Source: Octopus bimaculoides
Lineage: Eukaryota
Direction: 5' to 3'
Assembly (NCBI RefSeq): GCF_001194135.2
Contig: NC_068991.1
Coordinates: 75,136,898-75,200,897 of the forward strand
Length of the DNA stretch: 64,000 nt
Shown here: positions 53,811 to 64,000 of the stretch, piece by piece
How positions within the stretch are numbered: the stretch's first letter is position 1
Layout: each line of letters begins with the position of its first letter
Position numbers and translations under genes: made by a program
The notes under the pieces: model-generated
Seen by the model: only the letters and a program-made list of their open reading frames with translations
Told to the model about the DNA's origin: nothing
Databases searched by the model: none

Positions 53811-54162
53811 ATTCTTTTATTCGTTTCAGTCGTTTGACTGTGGCCATGCTGGACATCGCCTTTTAGTTGAACAGATCAACTTATTCTTAAGCCCAGTACT
53901 TATTCTATCGGTTTCTTTTACTGAACCACTAAGTTACGGGGACGTAAACAGTCCAACATCGGTTGTCAAGTGATGGTAGAGTGACAAACACAAACACACG
54001 CATATATATGATGGGCTTCTTTCAGTTTCCATCTACCAAATCCATTCACACGGCTTTGGTTGCCCCGAGGCTGTAGCAGAAGACACTTGCCCAAGGTGAC
54101 ACACGGTGGGACTGAACCTGGAACCACATAGTCCGGAAGCAAGCTTCTTACCACACAGTCAC
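53811..54162 (-). mobile_element. SINE family A
   Basis: Near-complete reverse copy. Confidence 0.85.
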
Positions 54163-56671
54163 ATCTTGGTAAGAACTGAAGGGGAAGTGAGCAGGGAGGG
54201 ATCATAAGTCTCTCAAAGGTTGTTGAATGTAATGAAGACAGCTTCCTGGCATAGGGAATACCATCCTTGAGTTTCCAATGACCGATTCTTTCTTTCTTTA
54301 TTTCCCTAAATTCAGTACGGAGTTGCGTAATTGAGGATTAAAATCAAAATTGACAATAAATGAATAACAAAACAAATAAATACAAGTGCAGTTGTTGTAG
54401 CAAACTAAGACACTGAAAGCATTGACAAGGGATCAACTCAGTTGAATGCACTCCCTTTTATCTGAAGAACTGTGGGGATAGAGAGTGATGGTGGGAGTGG
54501 TGGCAATGACAAAGACAATTATTTCTATTATTGTTGTACAGTGATCAAACAGATTCGTGAGTCCAGTGCTGGCTCCCAGATTCTGAGTTAAGTGTCTTGT
54601 TTCAAACACTAAATTATGTAAATCAAGGCCTTTTGGTCTGTTTGCTCTGATTTTATGCCTAATGCAAAACAACAGAATGATTGAATACACCAATACAATA
54701 GTTATTTCTTGTTGACGACTCTGGTCTTTGTCTAAAACAACAGAAAAGACTGCTTTACAGGAATTATTATTCTTGAAAGGAAAAATAGATGAATGTAAAC
54801 CTTATTCGTTCATTTTCCATCATGAAGGATATTTGCCTCCTAAATGTGGCTAATCCTTAAGGGTCGATGCTACTGTAGCTTGTAGCCCCAGGAAGACATC
54901 TCCTCCAGTTGGCTATTGACACACTATCTGTGCCCTATTAGTATTTGCAAAGGGAAGTCATCATTCCCATCTCCAGCCTGACGTGATACACATCGACCTG
55001 AGTTTCTGGTTATTGACCCGTCATCGACATGTGACAATCACCGGTTGGTGATGGGAAGGGATTCTCAATCGTGTTATGCATTTGCCCTAATTAGACCAAA
55101 TGTAGACAGGTCTCTCATTAATTTAGAAACCAGATATTAGCTAGTTGACCATTGTTCAACTGAATTGCTTATTCTAATTACAAAACCTGATGGTTGAGCA
55201 GGAAAAGAACAATAAGGGCCCAAATAAATACCATAACTTTGACATGGGAATTGGTAATAAAAATATAACTTGAAATAAAAACATTTGCCATACAGAAAAG
55301 GATAGATTATCAGTGTATTGATCACAGGCCCTTTTTCAGGTTAGAAAAGAGAGGGAATGGAGAATAAAAAATAAATTCACTTGTCATATATATATATATA
55401 TGTAGCTTGTGCTGCTTCCTCCCCTACTACTACAACCAATTAATTACTGCTGCTTACACGGACAGAGGTCACTCCTGTTTACCATTACCAACACGGTCAC
55501 TACTACTACTACTACTACTACTACACCCAACGATTCAAGTCAACGCACGAGACAGCCATTATGGACCCACACAAAATACGCTCCCATGTGGACTATGTTG
55601 ACACCAGAAAGAAACAATTATGAACTTTTCTTTTAATTACATTTTTTTTAAATATGTATTTTTGATAAGGTTCGTTTTTTCAAGAACTGAAACGTAAAAT
55701 ATCTCTGAGAAAATTATAAATTAAGATTCATTTTATATATTGGTGTTTTCAAATTTCTTTTTTATAAATATATATATATATGAGAACTCGAATTTTTCTT
55801 CTTTCTCTTTCTCTCTCCTGAAAAAGAGCCTTTGCTCAAAACATCAATATTTTTTTTCCATTTCTGCTTAGCAAATGCCTGTACTTTTATTTATTTTATT
55901 ATTAATTCCTATTGAAAGACAACAAGCTATCTGGCAGAATTGTTTGATCATCAGTAAAAACAACAACACAAAAAAATGGTCTTGTAGTATTTCTTCTGCT
56001 TCTTTTACAATTTTGTGGTTGAATTCTGCAAAGGTCAATTGTGCCTTTCATCCTTCTAGGATCGATAGAATAAGGCATCAATCTAGAACTGGAATTGATG
56101 TATTCGACTTCCCCCGCTCTCTAAATTGGTGTATTTTTGTGCCTTAATTAGAAACAATTATTAATTCCTTTTGATTACATGGCTACTGATGCAAACAGAA
56201 CTGATTGATTTCTTGGGGGCTGGGATTTTAACTGGATTGAGGAAGCTTTTAAGGAAATGTTTAATAATCCAGTGATTCTCATTTTATATAAGAATTAATT
56301 ATGGAACAAAAATCAGAAGTGAGCTATTCATTCGGAAGGAAGGCAGGCATGTGGCCTAAGTGGTTAAGATGTTGAACTTGGAAGCATTGGGCAATGAGTT
56401 TGATTCTCACTGCAGGCTGCCACTAGCTATTGGTCTTGATTCTTTAATGTAACAACCCCCGTTTACTACTTATACCAAGCCATTGTGTTTTGCTTTCAGT
56501 GAATTTCTTTCAACAAAAATTAAACTGATTTGATGTGCAATGTTGTGGAAACAATCATTGTTATACATTATTTACTGCATATGTTAATTATTGAAAGAGC
56601 TAACTCTGAGGTATGTTAGATTGATATTTAAAGAGGAGATGCCCGATATTTTCTTTCAACAACACCCATAA

Positions 56672-56891
56672 CCCTTTTAATACCAAACCCCTCAAGGCTA
56701 ATCCCAGATTCTATGATACGCACTTCCCGTTCTAAAACCCTCTAAATCAAAATTTTATGGTTATTTCTGTTCTAAACACCTGCTTAACAATGACAAGGTA
56801 ATTTTACCAGATTCTTTATGATTCTTTATTATATACAAATTTAATTGAAGCAGAGGCAACACATTTTAACAGAAATATGGTAATAAAAGGG
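56672..56891. mobile_element. piggyBac-like MITE (about 220 bp)
   Basis: TIRs CCCTTTTAATACCA and TGGTAATAAAAGGG, flanked by ATAA and TTAA. Confidence 0.7.
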
Positions 56892-57137
56892 TTAATGTTT
56901 CCCAGGAAAATTATAGACTCTTTCCTTTCACACTTCAACCTAATCATTATATGATCACATTTGCTTTTACTGTATAGCCTGCACCCCCTTTCGTTCCATG
57001 CACATCAATAGGCTGATCTCTTTGAATTCCAGAAATCATTAAATTTATTATACGTAATCGTATTTATAATTTCTTAAAAATATATTTATTATGTAATACT
57101 TTAAATTTGTAAATTTATCATACTTCTTATTTTCCAG

Positions 57138-57300
57138 TGAAAAATTAATCCAGAATGCCTTTCAAAGTTTACAGCTGGTTGTAACTGATTTCTTGCCTAT
57201 TATTCCCTGCAAATACTTGTTGGTTTGTGTTGAAGTGGCCTCGAAATTTGGTCTTCAAAACCAGGAGTTGAACGTCAGTCTAACTGCAATTGGTCTTTTA
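57138..57300 (+). CDS. MON2: MON2 homolog, internal coding exon (163 nt, phase 2/0)
   Basis: TTTTCCAG acceptor and TTA|GTAAGT donor. Translates (S)[54 protein letters not shown], matching MON2 [14 protein letters not shown]...FGLHNQELNISLTSIGLL. Phase is compatible with the previous exon. Confidence 0.95.
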
Positions 57301-57323
57301 GTAAGTACTACTTCAGATTCTTG

Positions 57324-57716
57324 TATTCTTTTATTCTTGTTTCAGTCATTTGACTGCGGCCAAGCTGGAGCACCACTTTTAGTCGAACAGATCAACCCTG
57401 GGACTTATACTTTATAAGCCCAGTACTTATTCTATCAAGCTCTTTTGCCGAACCACTAAGTTACGGGGATGTAAACACACCAACATCAGTTGTCAAGCGA
57501 TGGTGGCAGGGACAAACACAGACACACAAATACATACCTATATATATATATATGACAGGCTTCTTTCAGTTTCCATTTACCAAATCCACTCACAAGGCTT
57601 TGGTCGGCCCAAGGCTATAGTAGGAGACACTTGCCCAAAGTGCTACACAGCGGGACTGAACCCGGAACCATGTGGTTGGGAAGCAAAGCTTCTTACCACT
57701 CAGCCACTCCTGTGCC
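57324..57716 (-). mobile_element. SINE family A, starting 24 nt after a MON2 donor site
   Basis: Near-complete reverse copy. Confidence 0.85.
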
Positions 57717-57938
57717 TATATAAATGTATAAAATCAATTTCGAAACAAATCATATGATTACTGTAATCTAATACTGTTGTCTGTATGAAATGCATATAAT
57801 TAATGAACTATTAAACAGAAATTAACTGCTAAGTTTTACACTATTATGAGTACCATTTTCAGACATGAAATAGCAACAGGTCCAGTGTCTGAAATGTATA
57901 TGTATATATATATATTTATATATATATATATATATATA

Positions 57939-58769
57939 TCATCATCATTATCGTTTAACGTCCGCTTTCCATGCTAACATGGGTTGGACGATTTGACTGA
58001 GGACTGGCAAGCCTGGAGGCTGCACCAGGCTCCAATCTGATCTGGCAGAGTTTCTCCACCTGGATGCCCTTCCTAATGCCAACCACTCCGTGAGTGTAGT
58101 GAGTGCTTTTATGTGCCACCAGCATGAGGGCCAGTCACACAGTACTGGCAACGGCCATGCTCAAAATGGTATTTTTTATGTGCCACCTACACGGGAGCCA
58201 GTCCAGCGGCACTGGCAACGACCACACTTGAATGGACAAGTGACTGAGACCTTCGAAGATATACTGTGCTTGAGAAGACCTGGCAAGCCAAGTGAGCCTG
58301 TAACCATGTCCTATGCCAGTGCAGCATAACCAGTCCATTTAAGAGTACCCTTCAATCATTGGGCAATAAACTGCGCTTCTGAAGACCTGTTGAGGCAAGT
58401 GAAATTGTTGTTGTGGCCAATGACAGTACCGCTTGATTGGCACCCATGCCAGTGGCATGTTAAAAGCACCATTCCAGCGTGATCGTTGCCAGTGCCAGCT
58501 GACTGGTTCCGTGCCGGTGGCATGTAAAAAGCACCATTCAAGCATGGTTGATGTCAGTACTGCCTGATTGGCCCTTATACTGGTGGCACGTAAAAAGCAT
58601 CCACTACACTCTCAGAGTGGTTGGCGTTAGGAAGGGCATCCAGCTATAGAAAGAAACATTGCCAGATCAGATTGGAGCCTGGTACAGCCTTCTGGCTTGC
58701 CATCCCTCAGTCAAACCGTCCAACCCATGCCAGCATGGAAAGCGGACATTAAACGATGATGATGATGAT
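57939..58769. mobile_element. Head-to-head pair of family B copies
   Basis: Minus copy 57939 to about 58233 joined to plus copy about 58234-58769, with (ATC)n and (GAT)n tails facing outward. Confidence 0.8.
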
Positions 58770-59967
58770 ATAAATCTATGTTACAGATATAGTACAATAG
58801 CTGTACTATTTGCATCACATTTTAGTGACTCTAGTTCAAAGTAAAATATACTATTATTGTAATCATCATCATCATGTAAACAGGGGAAGTAAGCTAGAAC
58901 ATTAAAACTTAGTGTGCATGCACAGCAGAGTCCAAGATGAACCTTTGCCAAGCGGCTTCACTGTGCGTGCTTTAGCTTTGTTACTATGGCAACAGTTCAG
59001 ATACTTATTGATCAGACCTCATGAATATATAAGTCACCATTTGAATCTCACTGTTTGCCATGCAAATCGTGATTGGTTAGAGTCATGTTAGAATGAGAAT
59101 CTAAAATGATACAGGTGAAGGTGATAATGTTATTTTTGTTGGTGCTTTTAATTAGCACAAGGTTAGTCCTGATTTAATGAACCCATGATGAAAGGCATTT
59201 TAGTCATGGCCATCCTTGTTGACATCATCATCATCCTCATCATTTAATGTCTCTTTCCATGCTACCATGAATTGGATGGCTCAGCAACATCCTATTATTC
59301 GGAGACTCATGTTATGCTCCACTGACTGTTGTGTATGGTTTCTCAACACTAGCCTCCTTAAAGTGTGTGCCGTGGGTATTTTCCATGGCACCATCATTAG
59401 TGAGGTCACTTTTGCATCCTGTTTATTTAGTCTTAGGTTAAAGCTTACATTATTTGATGAGTCCTTCCTACTTTCAAAACAGTCCAGTGTAATTTGAGAA
59501 AGATTTGGCTACTATTATTAGCAAGGTGAACAATCTTGTAAAGGCACCTTTCATTTGTTTTAATGTGTTACAAGTCATTAATTTAAGTGATACAAAGACA
59601 ATTAAAATATTGAGGCGAGCAATTGTCATTAGAACAGAGTATAATTAATAACAAAACCAGCAATTATCCTGAATGTGGTTTCTATAATTAATAGTAATAA
59701 CTAGCTGTGCTGCTTTTTGGGGATAATTTATTAGTTGTAATTAAACCAATTAACTCTGGTGCTTATTGTGGTTCCTGACTGGAGAGATGTTTAAATGTTT
59801 AAATAATATACCAACACCTATTATTGTTAGAATTTTGTATATTTGACTTTTAAATAATAAGGTAATTTCAGCACCATCAAATTCTCCTTCATCATATTTT
59901 GGTCTTTAATATAATGTGCAGCACCTTTCCTATTTTGCTGCTATGCCAGTAAACAATAACACTTTAA

Positions 59968-60188
59968 CCCTTTCGTTACCAATCCAGCTGGAACCAGCTC
60001 TGGCTCTGAGTACAAATGTCTTGTTTTCATAAGTTCTGAATTAAAATCTTCCACTAAACCTTAATCACAATTAATGTTCCTAACACTAGCTTAATGATAA
60101 CTAAGTTATTTTACTAAATTCTTTCTTATATTTAAAATAAATTGAAAGAAACACAGAGCATCTCAACAGAAATATGGTAACGAAAGGT
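59968..60188. mobile_element. piggyBac-like MITE (221 bp)
   Basis: TTAA-CCCTTTCGTTACCA ... TGGTAACGAAAGGT-TTAA, with TTAA at 59964-67 and 60189-92. Confidence 0.8.
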
Positions 60189-60219
60189 TTAAAATATATA
60201 ATAGAAAAACTATTCCTAG

Positions 60220-60410
60220 CCCTTTTGATACCAACCTGGCTGAAACCGGCTCTGGCTTTGTAGTACAAATGTCTTGTTTCATAAGTTTTGAATTAAAATC
60301 TTCCACCAAACCTTAGTCACAATTAATGTTCCTAACACTAGCTTAATGATAATTAAGTTATTTCACTAGATTCTTTGTTATATTTTAAAATCAATTGAAA
60401 GAAACACAAA
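60220..60410. mobile_element. Second, right-truncated copy of the same MITE
   Basis: Starts CCCTTTTGATACCAA and repeats the internal sequence of 59968-60188 (agtacaaatgtcttgttt...ttcctaacactagcttaatgataa). Confidence 0.75.
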
Positions 60411-61028
60411 ACCGTTGTACTACACTTTGCTAATTTTTGATATCTTGGCATCTGAAGCAGCTGGAGATACGATAGTTTGACTGAAAGAACTGGCTACTGC
60501 AAGCAAAAATAAATATTGCAAGAAACACATTTGGCCAAATTTGAGCATACAACAGTTTAACATAATAACAATAATATATATACATATATATGTATTNNNN
60601 NNNNNNNNNNNNNNNNNNNNNNNNNNNNNNNNNNNNNNNNNNNNNNNNNNNNNNNNNNNNNNNNNNNNNNNNNNNNNNNNNNNNNNNNNNNNNNNNNNNN
60701 NNNNNNNNNNNNNNNNNNNNNNNNNNNNNNNNNNNNNNNNNNNNNNNNNNNNNNNNNNNNNNNNNNNNNNNNNNNNNNNNNNNNNNNNNNNNNNNNNNNN
60801 NNNNNNNNNNNNNNNNNNNNNNNNNNNNNNNNNNNNNNNNNNNNNNNNNNNNNNNNNNNNNNNNNNNNNNNNNNNNNNNNNNNNNNNNNNNNNNNNNNNN
60901 NNNNNNNNNNNNNNNNNNNNNNNNNNNNNNNNNNCATACATACATACATAGAGACAGACAGATATTAAAAAAATCACAAAATGATCAAAACTGATCCTAT
61001 GACAGCAAAATCATTGTATATATAAATA

Positions 61029-61063
<35 letters not shown>

Positions 61064-61444
61064 GCGATTTTGCTGACATTTTTTATATGATCAGTTTTTT
61101 AAAAATTTCATGATGCCTTTTAACACCTCTGTGTCATGTTTCTTAATCAATTGTACACCAACATGCCATTAAAAGAAAAAAAATTAATAAAAAACAAGGA
61201 TATTCTAAAACCATATCCATTTGTCCAATTTACTGTCATTTCTTTTACGTTGTATTTGTAAGCGAGTGATTGCTTCAGACATACATCAAATAATAATCTG
61301 AGTATCAGGTTAGAGAACCCGAAAGAAAACAAATGCCAAACGTTATCAGATTTAGTGTGAAAGTGGTTCAGTGGTTGCTGATTGTGAAATAAGTTTGGCT
61401 TCACTGTTTATTTGTATGCAAAATATATTAGCCTCTATCTCATG

Positions 61445-61713
61445 TGTGTTTGTGCGAGTGTGTGTTTGTGTGTGTTTGTATGTTTGTTTGTGTGTGTGTG
61501 TGTGTTTGTATGTTTGTGTGCATGTTTATGTGTGTGTGTATTTGTGTGTGTGCATGTGTGTTTGTGTGTGTGTGTATGTGTGTGTTTGTGTGAGTGTGGG
61601 TTTGTGTGTGTGTATGTGTGTGTTTGCATATGTGCATGTGTGTGTTTGTGTGTGTGTGTGTTTGTGTGTGTGTTTGTTTATGTATGTGTGTGTGCATGTG
61701 TGTTTGTGTGCAT

Positions 61714-61748
<35 letters not shown>

Positions 61749-61780
61749 AGTGTTTATGCCTGTGTGTACGTGTGTGGGTG
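61445..61780. repeat. Degenerate (TG)n-rich tract
   Basis: Read directly; it is the source of the long Cys/Val and His/Thr ORFs. Confidence 0.95.
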
Positions 61781-62151
61781 CACATCCTTTCCTGGCCCTT
61801 ACCAGCATGCTCTTCTATTGTTACACGATATTATCACTTGATGCCGTTCCTTATCTCTGATTTATGTTTCTTAGTTATATTTCCTATTTTCATTATCGTA
61901 ATCCCCGGTAGTTTGCATTTGATAGCTTTTAAATTATTTATGCACATGTGACTGTGTACACATACAGATGTCTGTGCACCTACCCATTATCTATACACTT
62001 ATGCACACATGTATACATTCACACGAATGTGTGTGTGCGTGCAACTACGCAGTCGTATACATTAAGCTAATTGTTATTGAGTATATATATATTCCCATTA
62101 GTTTGCATTCAATATATTTGGAATCACATCTGTGTGTGTGTCGATGTACAT

Positions 62152-62186
<35 letters not shown>

Positions 62187-62535
62187 CTGCTGCATACCCA
62201 TAAACGAATGCATGCAGACAGTCAGGCTTTGCATTGAGAGCACACAATATACATAATCCCACAAGGTAACCAAATATGTAGATAGCAAAGCAATCACAAG
62301 ATGAGCTGTATAAATTATAGTAATATATAAGTATAAATTATGAGAGTGTATAAATTGTTGATTCCCATCTGAATAATCTGACATTTCTCGCTGTTGCGTT
62401 CTTCTAAACTTTATTCAGATTTTACATGATAAAAAGTTTTACGGTCTCCTTTTCTTCATTTCGAATGCCATTGTTTAATGCTCAAAATTCAGTGCCATGC
62501 ATTAAAATATGTCTGCTCATTTTCTTTCATTTCAG

Positions 62536-62799
62536 TGGAACATTGCTGACTATTTCTACCAGAACCGTAATAAGATCCAGCAGGAGTTGGGCGGAGACTC
62601 TGGACAATCAGAGGACCAGCCTAATGCTGCTATGCTACCATTTGATAGTCTATGGATGTGTCTCTTCTCTAAGCTTGGTGAACTGTGTGTTGACCAACGG
62701 CCAGCTACAAGAAAAAGCGCTGGACAAACATTATTTTCAACCCTTTCTGCTCATGGCAGTTTGCTTCAGAAAGATACATGGAAAAAAGTACTTTGGCAA
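62536..62799 (+). CDS. MON2: MON2 homolog, internal coding exon (264 nt, phase 0/0)
   Basis: TTTCAG acceptor and CAA|GTAAGG donor. Translates [88 protein letters not shown], matching MON2 [36 protein letters not shown]. Confidence 0.96.
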
Positions 62800-62955
62800 G
62801 TAAGGGAGTTTATTATGACCCTTGGAATTTGTTTCTTTTTAATTCCTTTTTTTTCCCCCTAATTATTTGATCTTTTTCTCACTATATTTCTGTTGTAATA
62901 TATTGCCTTTCTTTCAAGTAATTTCAAAAAATGAAGAATTTAGTAGAATAACTTT

Positions 62956-63368
62956 GCCGGAGTGGCTGTGTGGTAAGTAGCTTGCTTACCAACCACATGG
63001 TTCCGGGTTCAGTCCCACTGCATGGCACTTTGGGCAAGTGTCTTCTGCTATAGCCTCGGGCCGACCAAAGCCTTGTGAGTGGATTTGGTAGACGGAAACT
63101 GAAAGAAGCCCGTCATATATATGTATATATATATATGTGTGTGTATATGTTTGTGTGTCTGTGTTTGTCCCCCCCAACATCGCTTGACAACCGATGGTGG
63201 TGTGTTTATGTCCCCGTAACTTAGCGGTTCAGCAAAAGAGACTGATAGAATAAGTACTAGGCATCCAAAGAATAAGTCTTGGGGTCGATTTGCTCGACTA
63301 ATGGCAGTGCTCCAGCATGGCCGCAGTCAAATGACTGAAACAAGTAAAGAAAGAAAGAAAGAAAGAAA
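62956..63368 (+). mobile_element. SINE family A with (GAAA)n tail
   Basis: Complete copy about 157 nt after the donor of the last MON2 exon in the window. Confidence 0.88.
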
Positions 63369-63375
63369 TTCCTAA

Positions 63376-63597
63376 TCCTTTTGATACCAATCCTCTTGAG
63401 ACTATTCCTGATTCTATGATACAAAATTCCTGTTTTAAATTCATCTAAGTTTAAATTTTCCATTAAAATTTCTTATTAAGTTATGTTCTAAATACGACTT
63501 AATAATGATAATGTTATTTTAGGAAATTTTTCATTATTTTTGAAAATTAGCTGAATTAAAGATTGTGCATTTCAACAGAAACAGGATAACAAAATTG
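63376..63597. mobile_element. Degenerate piggyBac-like MITE
   Basis: TCCTTTTGATACCA ... caacagaaacaggataacaaaattg-TTAA. Length about 222 bp; internal motifs are shared with 56672-56891. Confidence 0.55.
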
Positions 63598-64000
63598 TTA
63601 ATTTGGGGCTTGGAATATAAATTATGAAATGTTTTCTTGAATGCTTAAATTTAAATCACTTTTAAACAAGAATTTTGAATCAGAAGACCAGGGGCAGTTT
63701 CAGTCAACAGGGTAAATGCCACCTTAGTCAGCCATGGGTTCAATAATCCAAAATGACCCGTTAAGTTTAATGCTTTCATTCATTCATTATTTTATTGAAG
63801 AACTGTTTTTGTTCTCCTTATGTTCTGGACATCGTCTCAATTATAGAAGACTTAGTTCTTTTTCCTAAATCTGTTCTGTTGAAATTCTTGACAATTTCTA
63901 AAACCCTGACATGTGTAGGCAGTGTTTTTAAAGAGGAGTCTGGTCACAGATTATTTTACAATGTATATATATAAATAAAAAAGTAGATGTTGTGATGTTT

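Larger units (their letters stand above)
1024..60934. other. Assembly gaps (11 N runs)
   Basis: N runs at 1024-1228, 4603-4940, 15172-15189, 25466-25498, 27419-28063, 31337-31744, 33873-34206, 35300-35399, 46481-46682, 52799-52816 and 60597-60934, nearly all next to microsatellites. Confidence 0.98.

Noticed and set aside
57193-57417. ORF reading through the exon donor into the adjacent SINE
   Set aside because: The canonical GTAAGT donor at 57301 and phase continuity with the next exon explain the structure; the read-through is incidental.
61371-61951. Long Cys/Val-rich and His/Thr-rich ORFs (also near 16.9 kb, 18.1 kb and 31 kb)
   Set aside because: They are translations of (TG)n, (CA)n and (TA)n microsatellites with no protein signal.

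Overview
AT-rich, microsatellite- and repeat-dense eukaryotic DNA with 11 assembly gaps. The SINE families and gapped scaffold style point to an octopus (Octopus-like cephalopod) genome; this is inferred from recall, not from a database search. The only host coding sequence I can support is four plus-strand exons of MON2, a Golgi/endosome trafficking scaffold of the Sec7/DOP1-partner family: 41745-41855, 42904-43079, 57138-57300 and 62536-62799. They splice with GT-AG sites into one open frame of 238 codons. The rest is intronic and contains several tRNA-derived SINE families, decayed fragments of RTE, RLE-type (R2/R4/NeSL-like) and Penelope-like retroelements, Tc1 and mariner transposase remnants, TTAA-flanked piggyBac-like MITEs, and mini/microsatellites. 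The most interesting signal is six short type-I hammerhead ribozyme-like motifs from about five sequence families. One family is a palindromic element made of a tRNA-like Pol III head, a (TAA)n tract and a hammerhead tail. The three near-intact hammerheads are antisense to MON2, and all three sense copies are truncated or mutated in the catalytic core. Most entries in the ORF track are microsatellite or gap artefacts.
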